A DNA stretch of 43,407 nucleotides, taken from IMG/VR virus record IMGVR_UViG_3300011437_000007, positions 1 through 43,407 of that record; one strand, written 5' to 3'. Every line of letters starts with the position of its first letter. Position 1 is the stretch's first letter. This document shows, piece after piece, positions 35,702-43,407 of the stretch. The position numbers were made by a program, and so were the translations under genes. This DNA is from a virus (lineage: Duplodnaviria > Caudoviricetes). The notes below the pieces were generated by a model that worked only from the letters and a program-made list of their open reading frames with translations, was not told the origin of the DNA and did not search any database.

Positions 35702-37696
35702 TCAGCGCGGCTCCTGATGCACGATCGGCACGATGAGGGCATCGACAGACCACCGTTCGTCGTTCGCGGCACTGTCCCCCACGCTGATCTGGAGAACGTC
35801 GGCTTCCCCCATTTCCAAGCCTTCGACCTTCCGCACGACGCGGGTTTCACTCGCGGTGGGCGCGAGGCTCACCGCCTGCGATCGCGTTTCCAGCCCGAAG
35901 TCGCGGGTCAACGTCACGGTCACATCACTGCCGGCGAGGGCCGTGGCCAGGAGCGTCGGCTCCCGCATCCCCACCTTGTGCCGGAGGTCTGGTGTCATCA
36001 ACAGCGGGCGCGAGGTGACCAGCCCCTGAAAGTCCGTGCCGAAATCATCGACATCGGTCGTATCGCACTTGCCGATGACCGTGCCCACACTGCGGCCGAG
36101 ATGCGGCTTCAGATCCCGCGACATCGATGCCGCGATCGTGTTCGAGAACAGGCACGAGCACCGGGCGCCGGCCGAGTCGCCGGTATGTTTCGCCCACCCC
36201 CCACGGATCTGGTTGTGCTCGTCTTCGACGCCCAACTGCACATCGAACATCATTTTCACGTCGGGGTCATTGCTCGAGCCGGTCGCGATCCAGAGCCACC
36301 ACTGATGCCGATCGGGGTAGTAGGTCGAGTGGGCCACGACGGTCGTGGCGGCGAGATTCATCGCGCGCCAGGTGACTTCGTTATCCCGGCCCAGATACTC
36401 GATATCGCCGTCCTGCGTGACGCGGTACGGCCCCCGATGGGACAGGAAGTACAGCGCGGCGCGGCCCCACTGGTCGTCGCCAATGGCGATCGTCTTGTGG
36501 TGGATGCAGCCGATGTCGTCGCGCATTTTGCGCGGGATGTAGGGCGCGACCACGTCGCCGGTCGGCTGGAGCTTCCAGACCTGCCGATACTTGAAGGCCC
36601 AGAGCAAGCCGGAGAGCGGCCCGCCCATGCCCGTGATCGCCCCGCCGTCGTTCTCGTTCAGGTCCACCCAGTTTTTCTGCGTGGTCGTGTTGGGTACACG
36701 CTCGTCATCGCCCTTGTCCGCGCTCCCCAAGACAGGCGTGAACCACACGCGCGAGTTCTTGCCGCCACTTGTCGCGCCTGACGCTTCCCACGCCCCGGCC
36801 CCGAGGATCCGGTTTCCGTCGGTGATGAGGCTTTTCACGCTGGGGAAGAGTGTGAATAATCCCAACTGAACAGAGACGGGTCGCGTGGCCACACTTAAAT
36901 GGTTGGGGATCGCGTCATCTCCGGTCGTGGTCGCGATGGCGATACCGGCCGTGTCGGCGCCACCCGCCAGCGTCACGACGTAATACGTGGCATCATCCAG
37001 CGACACCTCGATATGCCAGTGCGTCTCACCCTCGCCCGGCGCCGTGGGTCGCGTGATGGTGACCAGGCCGCCAGATCCAGAGGGCGTGAATTGCACGGAG
37101 GGCGTGGGCTCAGACTTGCGCACCACACTGGACCCGCTGATTTGCAGAAACCGCACGCGGTAGTAGCGCAGCACGGCGGTCGCGTTGGTTCCAGAGCCCT
37201 TATTGGCCGCCGATGGCGCGCTGGAGCCTGGATTAATGCCGACTCGCCGCACGTTCGACGTCGCAGGGTCGTACACATGCAGACGATCCACCGTCGAGTC
37301 GTACGCAAAGAAGCGCTTCCCGTTCAGCGCCACTCCTTGCACATCCTGAGGTCGCGTGCTCACGGCATCAGCCACTGATACGTCGGCCCACGTTGTGCCG
37401 CCGGTTAGTCGTTTCCAAATGGGCGTCGCGGCCCCGTCAATCGCCCAGAGTTCGGCGGCGGTCTCCACCGCGCCTGGCACATGGCGCTCTAGCGTCTGAA
37501 TGCCGATGGTAAACGTCGTGCCGCCGGTTTGGCTGACGGCCGTCGCCCCGCCCCGCTTGCGGGCGAAGATCGTGTCCTTCCAGTCACAGTTTAAAAATTC
37601 CGTCGCCTGAGTCAGCGGCAGGGACATCGGCGCATCGGTATCGTTGCGCCCGCCGCGCAGATCCGAGACCACGATGGGATCGAGACGGGCCGCCAT
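35702..37696 (-). CDS. Tail hub/stabilisation protein (P22 gp10 or T7 gp12-like beta-propeller)
   Basis: N-terminal 'GG.N...P' and 'IGC....TI' repeats; position after the adaptor. Confidence 0.7.
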   Translation of the reverse strand: MAARLDPIVVSDLRGGRNDTDAPMSLPLTQATEFLNCDWKDTIFARKRGGATAVSQTGGTTFTIGIQTLERHVPGAVETAAELWAIDGAATPIWKRLTGGTTWADVSVADAVSTRPQDVQGVALNGKRFFAYDSTVDRLHVYDPATSNVRRVGINPGSSAPSAANKGSGTNATAVLRYYRVRFLQISGSSVVRKSEPTPSVQFTPSGSGGLVTITRPTAPGEGETHWHIEVSLDDATYYVVTLAGGADTAGIAIATTTGDDAIPNHLSVATRPVSVQLGLFTLFPSVKSLITDGNRILGAGAWEASGATSGGKNSRVWFTPVLGSADKGDDERVPNTTTQKNWVDLNENDGGAITGMGGPLSGLLWAFKYRQVWKLQPTGDVVAPYIPRKMRDDIGCIHHKTIAIGDDQWGRAALYFLSHRGPYRVTQDGDIEYLGRDNEVTWRAMNLAATTVVAHSTYYPDRHQWWLWIATGSSNDPDVKMMFDVQLGVEDEHNQIRGGWAKHTGDSAGARCSCLFSNTIAASMSRDLKPHLGRSVGTVIGKCDTTDVDDFGTDFQGLVTSRPLLMTPDLRHKVGMREPTLLATALAGSDVTVTLTRDFGLETRSQAVSLAPTASETRVVRKVEGLEMGEADVLQISVGDSAANDERWSVDALIVPIVHQEPR

Positions 37697-38664
37697 TAAC
37701 TCCCTGCCGGGAACTCTCCGCCCAACTGACTCGGCCGCCCCACGGGACGCCGGCCCATCACCGGCCGCACATCGGCGCCCGCCATCAGGAAGTACTTGAG
37801 GTTCCCCAAGTGCCGCTGGTACTCGCGCACCGCGATCGCATAGCGGTCGCGATCATCTTTTTTCGTCATTTCTCTGACGAGCGCGCCGTCAATCAGCAAC
37901 GGATGGAAGCGCACCGGCAGCACCGGTTCGTCGGTCGCGTTCGCCATGTCCCACACGTCGCGCTCGTAGTCCACCGAATAGGTCACGGCGGCGGACGGCG
38001 TGATCCAGAGCGCGATCTGTCGATAGCGGGCGTGCGCCTGACCGATGGGAATGCGCGCGAGCTCCGTCCCGCCGCTGGCGTCTTCGTGGAGCGTGACCGT
38101 GCCCACCGCTGGCACGCTGAGATAGAACTTCGTGATTTCCACCAGGTCGGTATACGCCGCGCCGAGACTGACGGCCGTCATGCCCGTCATCGTCACCGAC
38201 AGCGACACCCGATATCCACCCGTGCGATAGCCTTCGATGTAGGCGGTGCCGGTATCCCCCGCCGCCGTGGAATCGACGAAGATTTCCGACGCATCCGCGG
38301 GTTGCGTCGCCACCCCGACGAACCCCAGATCGACGTAATGCGTGGGTGTGCCGGTGGGGGTGGTCGGGTCGGCTTGCACTTGACGGTAGACGTCTTGCGA
38401 CAACCCCTGGAGGGCCGTGCGGTTCGTCGCTTCGTAGATCTTCACGATGCGCGCCACACTCGGCGGGAGGCCATACTGCGGCGTGTTCGCGACCGACGCG
38501 AAGGTGGTCGTGCCCGTTAATAGCCGCTCCATGCCCGGTTCGCTCAGCACATCGCGCTGGGACTGATTCAGAAATTGTCCGAGACGTGCAATGACCTCCG
38601 TCGCCGGCGTGCTGGAGTATCCCAAGCGCCGATACAAATCTGCGAGCAGTTCGCTGTAAGTCAT
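37696..38664 (-). CDS. Head-tail adaptor / tail tubular protein A
   Basis: MTYSELL..L...LN..QR..; D.P.LP.RFH.LL..GAL. Confidence 0.75.
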   Translation of the reverse strand: MTYSELLADLYRRLGYSSTPATEVIARLGQFLNQSQRDVLSEPGMERLLTGTTTFASVANTPQYGLPPSVARIVKIYEATNRTALQGLSQDVYRQVQADPTTPTGTPTHYVDLGFVGVATQPADASEIFVDSTAAGDTGTAYIEGYRTGGYRVSLSVTMTGMTAVSLGAAYTDLVEITKFYLSVPAVGTVTLHEDASGGTELARIPIGQAHARYRQIALWITPSAAVTYSVDYERDVWDMANATDEPVLPVRFHPLLIDGALVREMTKKDDRDRYAIAVREYQRHLGNLKYFLMAGADVRPVMGRRPVGRPSQLGGEFPAGS

Positions 38665-38765
38665 CGTCCCCTATGTAACGGACAGCGCGAGCGGGCAGGA
38701 GGCGCGATGGCCGGGTGGGCCGCCATGCCCCTCAACACCGCCGCACACCCGCGCCGTCCGACTGG

Positions 38766-39413
38766 TTACGCGGCCGTGACGCCCACGCGCAGGGCCGCGA
38801 GTTCCGCCTTGAGACGCGCGATTTCGCGGGCCAACTCGTCCGGCGTCGGCTCGGCCGCTCCCAACACCTGCCGGCAGTAGTCCACCAGGCTGCGATGGTT
38901 GTGCTTCTCGATCCCCTTGCAGGGAAACCAGGCGTTCACTTCATCCAACGTGCCGTTGTCGTCCTGCCTGTGACGCACCAGGAATTTGATCCGGCGCCCG
39001 TCCGCCTTCGTCACCGTGAAGTCCCCATGCGGGAGCTGATTCAGTAGGAGGATTTCCTCCGGCGTTTCCACGGCGCCGTCGAGCACGCGGCCCGCCCACA
39101 CGGTCTTCGACCGCAGGACGGGTTTCACGCCTCCGTACGTCGCGTGGTCCTCCCGCGTAAAAAACGCGCTGAGGCCGGTGGACTGCGGATTTTCCGGCAT
39201 CGACTTCACGAGCATCCGCTCTTGCTGGTCGATCAGCTTTTCAATGACCGAGGTCTCGCTCGAACCGCCCGATTTCAGATCGGCCAAGAGGTGCGCAGTC
39301 GTCTGCTGCAACGCGGCGATCTGCGCGAGCACGGCCCCCATCGAGGGGTCGGCGGGGGGCGCCTCAGCGGTCGGCTCCACGGGTCGGACGCGGGTTTTCG
39401 GATCGTCAATCAT
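38766..39413 (-). CDS. Hypothetical protein in the head-tail region
   Basis: 215-aa ORF with a GGAGG RBS. Confidence 0.65.
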   Translation of the reverse strand: MIDDPKTRVRPVEPTAEAPPADPSMGAVLAQIAALQQTTAHLLADLKSGGSSETSVIEKLIDQQERMLVKSMPENPQSTGLSAFFTREDHATYGGVKPVLRSKTVWAGRVLDGAVETPEEILLLNQLPHGDFTVTKADGRRIKFLVRHRQDDNGTLDEVNAWFPCKGIEKHNHRSLVDYCRQVLGAAEPTPDELAREIARLKAELAALRVGVTAA

Positions 39414-39415
39414 GC

Positions 39416-39640
39416 TTACGCGCCTCCGGGGCGTTCGAGATAGGGGTGCGTGTCTTCGCCGACCACGATGTTGTCGGGGTCGCGGGTGTCGTCCCCGACG
39501 GCGAGGTTATCGCCGCCGCCATACGCGGTCGTGATCGCCGGGGGGACCGCCTCGCCGGCGATGGTCCGTTCCCGTCCCATCGCCTCGCCAACCGCGACGT
39601 TGTCGTAGTTCGTGCGCTGCTCGCGCAGTGTCAGAGCCAT
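39416..39640 (-). CDS. Small hypothetical protein
   Basis: ATG after GGAGA; repeated 'DN..VG' motif. Confidence 0.55.
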   Translation of the reverse strand: MALTLREQRTNYDNVAVGEAMGRERTIAGEAVPPAITTAYGGGDNLAVGDDTRDPDNIVVGEDTHPYLERPGGA

Positions 39641-39738
39641 GTTGTCTCCCGTCCTTTCGTCAGGCATCCGTGAGTCCTTTCGGTGTGACGTGACTGACGA
39701 ATCACACCAAGTAACTCACGGATACTAAACAAGTTACC

Positions 39739-40473
39739 TTACGGACTGATGCGCAACATCACCCAGTTGTTTTTCCCGTCCACGCCGACCTGCGCCATGT
39801 TGCCGATGGTCTGGCCGACGATGAGGTTCCCGGCCGCCACGATGACCTGGGCCGCGCCGGCCACCGTGCCCGGCGCCAACACCGCCGCGCCGAGCGCGGG
39901 GGTGCCGGTCGTCAGCACGGAGCAGAGGCCCCAGGTCTGAATCCAGCCGCACTCCCCCGAGGCGATGATGTAGGTCGCCACGCCGACGAGCGATCCGGTT
40001 GCCGTGGTCACGGGGAACTGGATCACGTTCTTGTAGGGATTGGCGATGAGGCCAATCCGCGAATCCGTCGTCAACGCAACCTGAATCGGATCTTTGAGGT
40101 TCAGCGTGAACGCGGTGGAGGCGGTGATCGCGCCGTGCCCGCTGACGCCGTAGGTGTACCCGTTCCCGGGCGTGGTATCGACCTGGAGAAACCCATCGGC
40201 GTACAGATTCGCCGCGCCCGCCGTGTTGCCGGGGGTGTAGGCGAACGACGTCGCGCCAATCGCCACGACAGGCGCGGTATTGGCGAGATGGTTCGGGACG
40301 ATCGCGGAGGACTGCAACACGTTCCCCGCGACGAGGGTCGCGCCCGCCTTGGCGTAGCGGAACACGCGCCCGTCCGCCGAGACGATCCGCGTGCCGAGTC
40401 GGTGTATCTCCGTCGCGGACGAGACGAGGTCATCTTGCCCGAGCACGGTGGGGCCTGTGGTGAATTGCGCCAT
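39739..40473 (-). CDS. Capsid decoration/cement protein
   Basis: Directly after the capsid gene; 'LGT....DGRVFRY.KAG..L..G' and 'GWIQT.G' motifs. Confidence 0.7.
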   Translation of the reverse strand: MAQFTTGPTVLGQDDLVSSATEIHRLGTRIVSADGRVFRYAKAGATLVAGNVLQSSAIVPNHLANTAPVVAIGATSFAYTPGNTAGAANLYADGFLQVDTTPGNGYTYGVSGHGAITASTAFTLNLKDPIQVALTTDSRIGLIANPYKNVIQFPVTTATGSLVGVATYIIASGECGWIQTWGLCSVLTTGTPALGAAVLAPGTVAGAAQVIVAAGNLIVGQTIGNMAQVGVDGKNNWVMLRISP

Positions 40474-40500
40474 GTCTGTGACTCCCTTCGTTAGTGGGGC

Positions 40501-40523
40501 GGGGCGGGGATCGTCCCCGCCCC
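40501..40523. terminator. GC-rich hairpin after the capsid gene (terminator or mRNA stabiliser)
   Basis: GGGGCGGGGA-TCG-TCCCCGCCCC, a perfect 10-bp stem; no U-tract. Confidence 0.55.
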
Positions 40524-40539
40524 GGCTTCCACTCGTGGT

Positions 40540-41508
40540 TTACGTGGTGCCCGACGCCACACCCAGCATGCGGGCGTTGGTCGTCATGAGGTTGCCGATG
40601 GTGTGGAACTTGTAGACCTTCGCGGTCTGGTTCGCCGGTTCCACACCGGGGGATGCCTTGTACCAGTGCCCCTTCAGATACAGGAGCTTCAGGAAATCGG
40701 GATGCCAGAAGTAGGCATTCCCCGCGGCACAGTCATTGTCGTAACTGACCATCGCGCCCTGAAACTTCATGATCTCGTTCTCGAACCCGCCATCCGCGGT
40801 TTCCTTCGACGTGAACCGCTCATTCGCGAGTAAGAGCCCTTGGAACGCCTCAAACACCGTGCGGGTGGTCGTGATGTACTTCGGGTGTTTCCCGCTGTAG
40901 CCTTGGGAACACAGGTTGTAGATCGAGCGCCAGGTGGCGCGCAGGTTGTCGTACGCCGACGTCGTCTTGGCCGCGGACGCCTGCTGATTGCGCCAAAACG
41001 AAAACGTGGCGCGGTTGATGCCGTGGACCGTGCCGGTGGTGGGCACCGTCGCAATGATGTGCTGGAACCCGCCGAACTCTTTCGAGCCCGACCCGGTGCC
41101 GTCACTGTGCACCGCCGCACTGATCAGATCGTCCAGGGACATCTTCGCGTTCGCGAGTTTTTCATCGAGGAGATCGAACTTCTGCGCGCCGCCTTGGTTG
41201 ATGGCGTTTTCGAGTTCGGACTGCGCGACGGTGACCGCGCATTCTTTCCAGGAGACTTCGGCGCGGTCAAACACGTCCTGCCGGGTCGTGTTCAGGGTTT
41301 CCAGATCGGAGTACCACTGCGCGGTCCCATTGGCCGCGTACATGATCGAGGCGGTGGCGAGGTCGCCGCCGTCCACGGCTTTGAACGCACTTGATTTCTT
41401 CATGCGGTTCAACGTCCAAAATTCCGGAAAGTAGTTGTCTTCCGGCTTGGCGTTGACTAACGCATTCCAACTCGCCGCAATCGTTTGTCCGTCATTGGGC
41501 ACTGGCAT
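40540..41508 (-). CDS. Major capsid protein
   Basis: 322 aa, directly after the scaffold; 'DGTG..K..G...I....T.HGINR.T.SFWRN' pattern of HK97-fold podovirus capsids. Confidence 0.88.
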   Translation of the reverse strand: MPVPNDGQTIAASWNALVNAKPEDNYFPEFWTLNRMKKSSAFKAVDGGDLATASIMYAANGTAQWYSDLETLNTTRQDVFDRAEVSWKECAVTVAQSELENAINQGGAQKFDLLDEKLANAKMSLDDLISAAVHSDGTGSGSKEFGGFQHIIATVPTTGTVHGINRATFSFWRNQQASAAKTTSAYDNLRATWRSIYNLCSQGYSGKHPKYITTTRTVFEAFQGLLLANERFTSKETADGGFENEIMKFQGAMVSYDNDCAAGNAYFWHPDFLKLLYLKGHWYKASPGVEPANQTAKVYKFHTIGNLMTTNARMLGVASGTT

Positions 41509-41523
41509 GGAGGTGTTCCTTTG

Positions 41524-42486
41524 TTAGCGATTCGCCCACTGCTCGGCGACCTCAGGGTGCTCGTGCATGTACTGGATCAGGTCTCGCGAACTCTGAAACT
41601 TCGGGAGGCCTGGAGGCCCGCTCGGGGTGCCCGGGGCCACCGTTTGTGCAGCGGCTTTGCGTTGGAGATCGGACAGCACGTTCGCTTCGGCTTTCTGCCC
41701 GAACCCCGGCAAGACTGTGGTGTCCATCACGTAGTCGTACGCTTCGCGGATGGTCATCGACGGATGGGCCTTGAACGCCGCAAGGATGTCCGCCTTGTGC
41801 TCGTTGAAGAGCGGACGCTTCGTGACGTACGCGACATCGGCATCGGCCGTCGCATAGGCCTGCGCTTGGCGTTGTTCGCGCGCCTGCGCCTGCTTGGCGG
41901 TTTCCTGCCGGGTGTCGTAGTCCTGCTGGAGGGGTTGCACCGCTTTCCCGATTTCGTGCGCGAGCATTTGCTTCACGAGGTCCGCGCTATACGTGCGGCT
42001 CACGATCTGCCCCTGCTCGTTCATCACCGGGACATCGGGCTCGAAGGTCGGGTCCGGGGCCGGCGTGGCCGGCGCCCGCAGCGACGCCAGCATCCGACCC
42101 ACGCGCGATTTCACGGTCGCGCCGTGGACGGGATGACTCAGCGCCTCTTGGTACGCGCGCTCGAGAAACTCGCCGGGGTCACCCTGATAGCGGGCATACC
42201 ACGCCGACATCTGCTCGAGTTGCTCGCGCGGGACCGATTCGGCCCAGCGGTACTGCTCGCGGAATTTCTCCGCGGCGGCCATGCGCGTATTGACTTCATC
42301 GAACCGCGCACGCGGGATAAAGCCTTCACGATCGGGGCTGTCGGTGGATCCGGTCTGCTGCGTGCTCTGTGCCGCCGAGCTAGCGTGGTCCGCAGAAGAC
42401 TCGGGCTGTGAGGCGGGCGAGGCCCCACCCGACGCGTCGGTCGTGCTGACCGCGCCGGCGTTACCGCCTGAGAGATCGTCGCTCAT
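41524..42486 (-). CDS. Scaffolding protein
   Basis: Disordered N-terminus, 'IPRARFDEVN' motif, helical; between portal and capsid. Confidence 0.8.
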   Translation of the reverse strand: MSDDLSGGNAGAVSTTDASGGASPASQPESSADHASSAAQSTQQTGSTDSPDREGFIPRARFDEVNTRMAAAEKFREQYRWAESVPREQLEQMSAWYARYQGDPGEFLERAYQEALSHPVHGATVKSRVGRMLASLRAPATPAPDPTFEPDVPVMNEQGQIVSRTYSADLVKQMLAHEIGKAVQPLQQDYDTRQETAKQAQAREQRQAQAYATADADVAYVTKRPLFNEHKADILAAFKAHPSMTIREAYDYVMDTTVLPGFGQKAEANVLSDLQRKAAAQTVAPGTPSGPPGLPKFQSSRDLIQYMHEHPEVAEQWANR

Positions 42487-42635
42487 GTGTTCCCCCTGCC
42501 ACCTCTGCCACGGGTGGCCCGCGATCGACTTACGGTCGAGCCGTCTTCGTGGCCGGCGTCGGCGGCGGCGGTAAGCCACACCGCAGACAGATCTCGGCCC
42601 CACTGGGTCGCGTGATCACCAACGGGACACGACAG

Positions 42636-42896
42636 TCACACGTGTGACGAGGCATCGAACAGATGCGCCGAGCACGCACACTCCACGCGGTACGTCTGCG
42701 CCTGCACGTCGTTGTCGCCGCGCACGCCCGCGAGGTTCAGCGTCCCGAAACGGTCCGCGCAGCGGGCGCAGATGATCTGCCAGCCCATCTGCTGCAGCAG
42801 CGCGTCAAACTCCAGAAACCGGTGCAGCGCCGCGCGCGTCATCACGTGCGTCTGTTGCGCGACGACTGGGCCCCCCGTGAACGGACTGATCAGCAT
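42636..42896 (-). CDS. Small Cys-containing hypothetical protein
   Basis: CARC..ECAC; coupled ORF. Confidence 0.55.
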   Translation of the reverse strand: MLISPFTGGPVVAQQTHVMTRAALHRFLEFDALLQQMGWQIICARCADRFGTLNLAGVRGDNDVQAQTYRVECACSAHLFDASSHV

Positions 42897-43289
42897 TTAC
42901 GACTCCACCGGCGCGCGGACGCCGATCGTCAGTTCACGGACGGATGTTTCGAGCGTCTCACACACCACGCCTGGCGTCGCGGTCCTCCGCGATCTCCGGC
43001 TGAGCAGTTCGGCCGCATCGCGGAGCTGCTTCTCAGTCGCGCCGGCCGCCCAGTTCGTGAGGTGTTGCTCGTGCTCACCGGCGTGCTGCACAAACGGCTG
43101 TAACCCGAGTGCATCGGCGCGCGCGAGCATGGCCTTCTTGGAATAAAAGATCTCGGGTTGGTCGCCAAAATTTCTTTGGACGAAGCCGCCCACGAACTCG
43201 TCCCCGATCGCGACGGACGTCCCGCGCCCGTGGGGGCAGAAGGCCCAATCGCCAATCGCGAGTGTCGCGCCGCACGTGTCGCAGATCAT
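42897..43289 (-). CDS. Small Zn-ribbon protein following the portal
   Basis: CDTC..WAFCPHG; start overlaps the portal stop across the circular junction. Confidence 0.65.
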   Translation of the reverse strand: MICDTCGATLAIGDWAFCPHGRGTSVAIGDEFVGGFVQRNFGDQPEIFYSKKAMLARADALGLQPFVQHAGEHEQHLTNWAAGATEKQLRDAAELLSRRSRRTATPGVVCETLETSVRELTIGVRAPVES

Positions 43290-43407
43290 TGGACCTGCGG
43301 CCCCGCGCCCGGCCGATTCCCCGTTTGTTCACTGTCCTGCTTACTCAACGGGCCCTGCTTGTCCGCCAATCCGCCGTGTCCGGCGGGTTTCTTCGCGGCG
43401 GCTTTCG
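43285..43407. repeat. Terminal direct repeat (copy of 1-123)
   Basis: Exact match. Confidence 0.97.

Overview
A complete, circularly assembled ~43.3 kb high-GC dsDNA phage genome. Bases 1-123 repeat exactly at 43285-43407. It looks like a P22-like podovirus: TerS, TerL, portal, scaffold, capsid, two tail tube/hub proteins, a collar fibre, ejection proteins and beta-helix tailspikes. Almost all genes are on the minus strand. A lambdoid cro/cI switch sits at 22.9-23.7 kb, yet I can recognise no integrase, DNA polymerase, primase or helicase. Main points of interest: (1) a ~340-nt strongly base-paired non-coding region directly ahead of a replication module reduced to an initiator C-terminal domain plus a loader-type Zn finger; (2) a dif-like 28-bp site inside the terS 3' end, near a sharp G/C skew flip, suggesting possible XerCD-dependent integration; (3) a repressor with a (D/E)RR-repeat tail in place of a self-cleaving peptidase; (4) a 1.6-kb non-autonomous IS with perfect 17-bp TIRs and an 8-bp TSD, carrying HicB/HicA-like genes, a transposase-HTH chimera and an isolated tRNA 3' end; (5) six HNH genes, three of them antisense with a shared putative leaderless promoter. 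All protein calls come from motifs read by eye and from gene order; no database search or folding program was run. The host is unknown.
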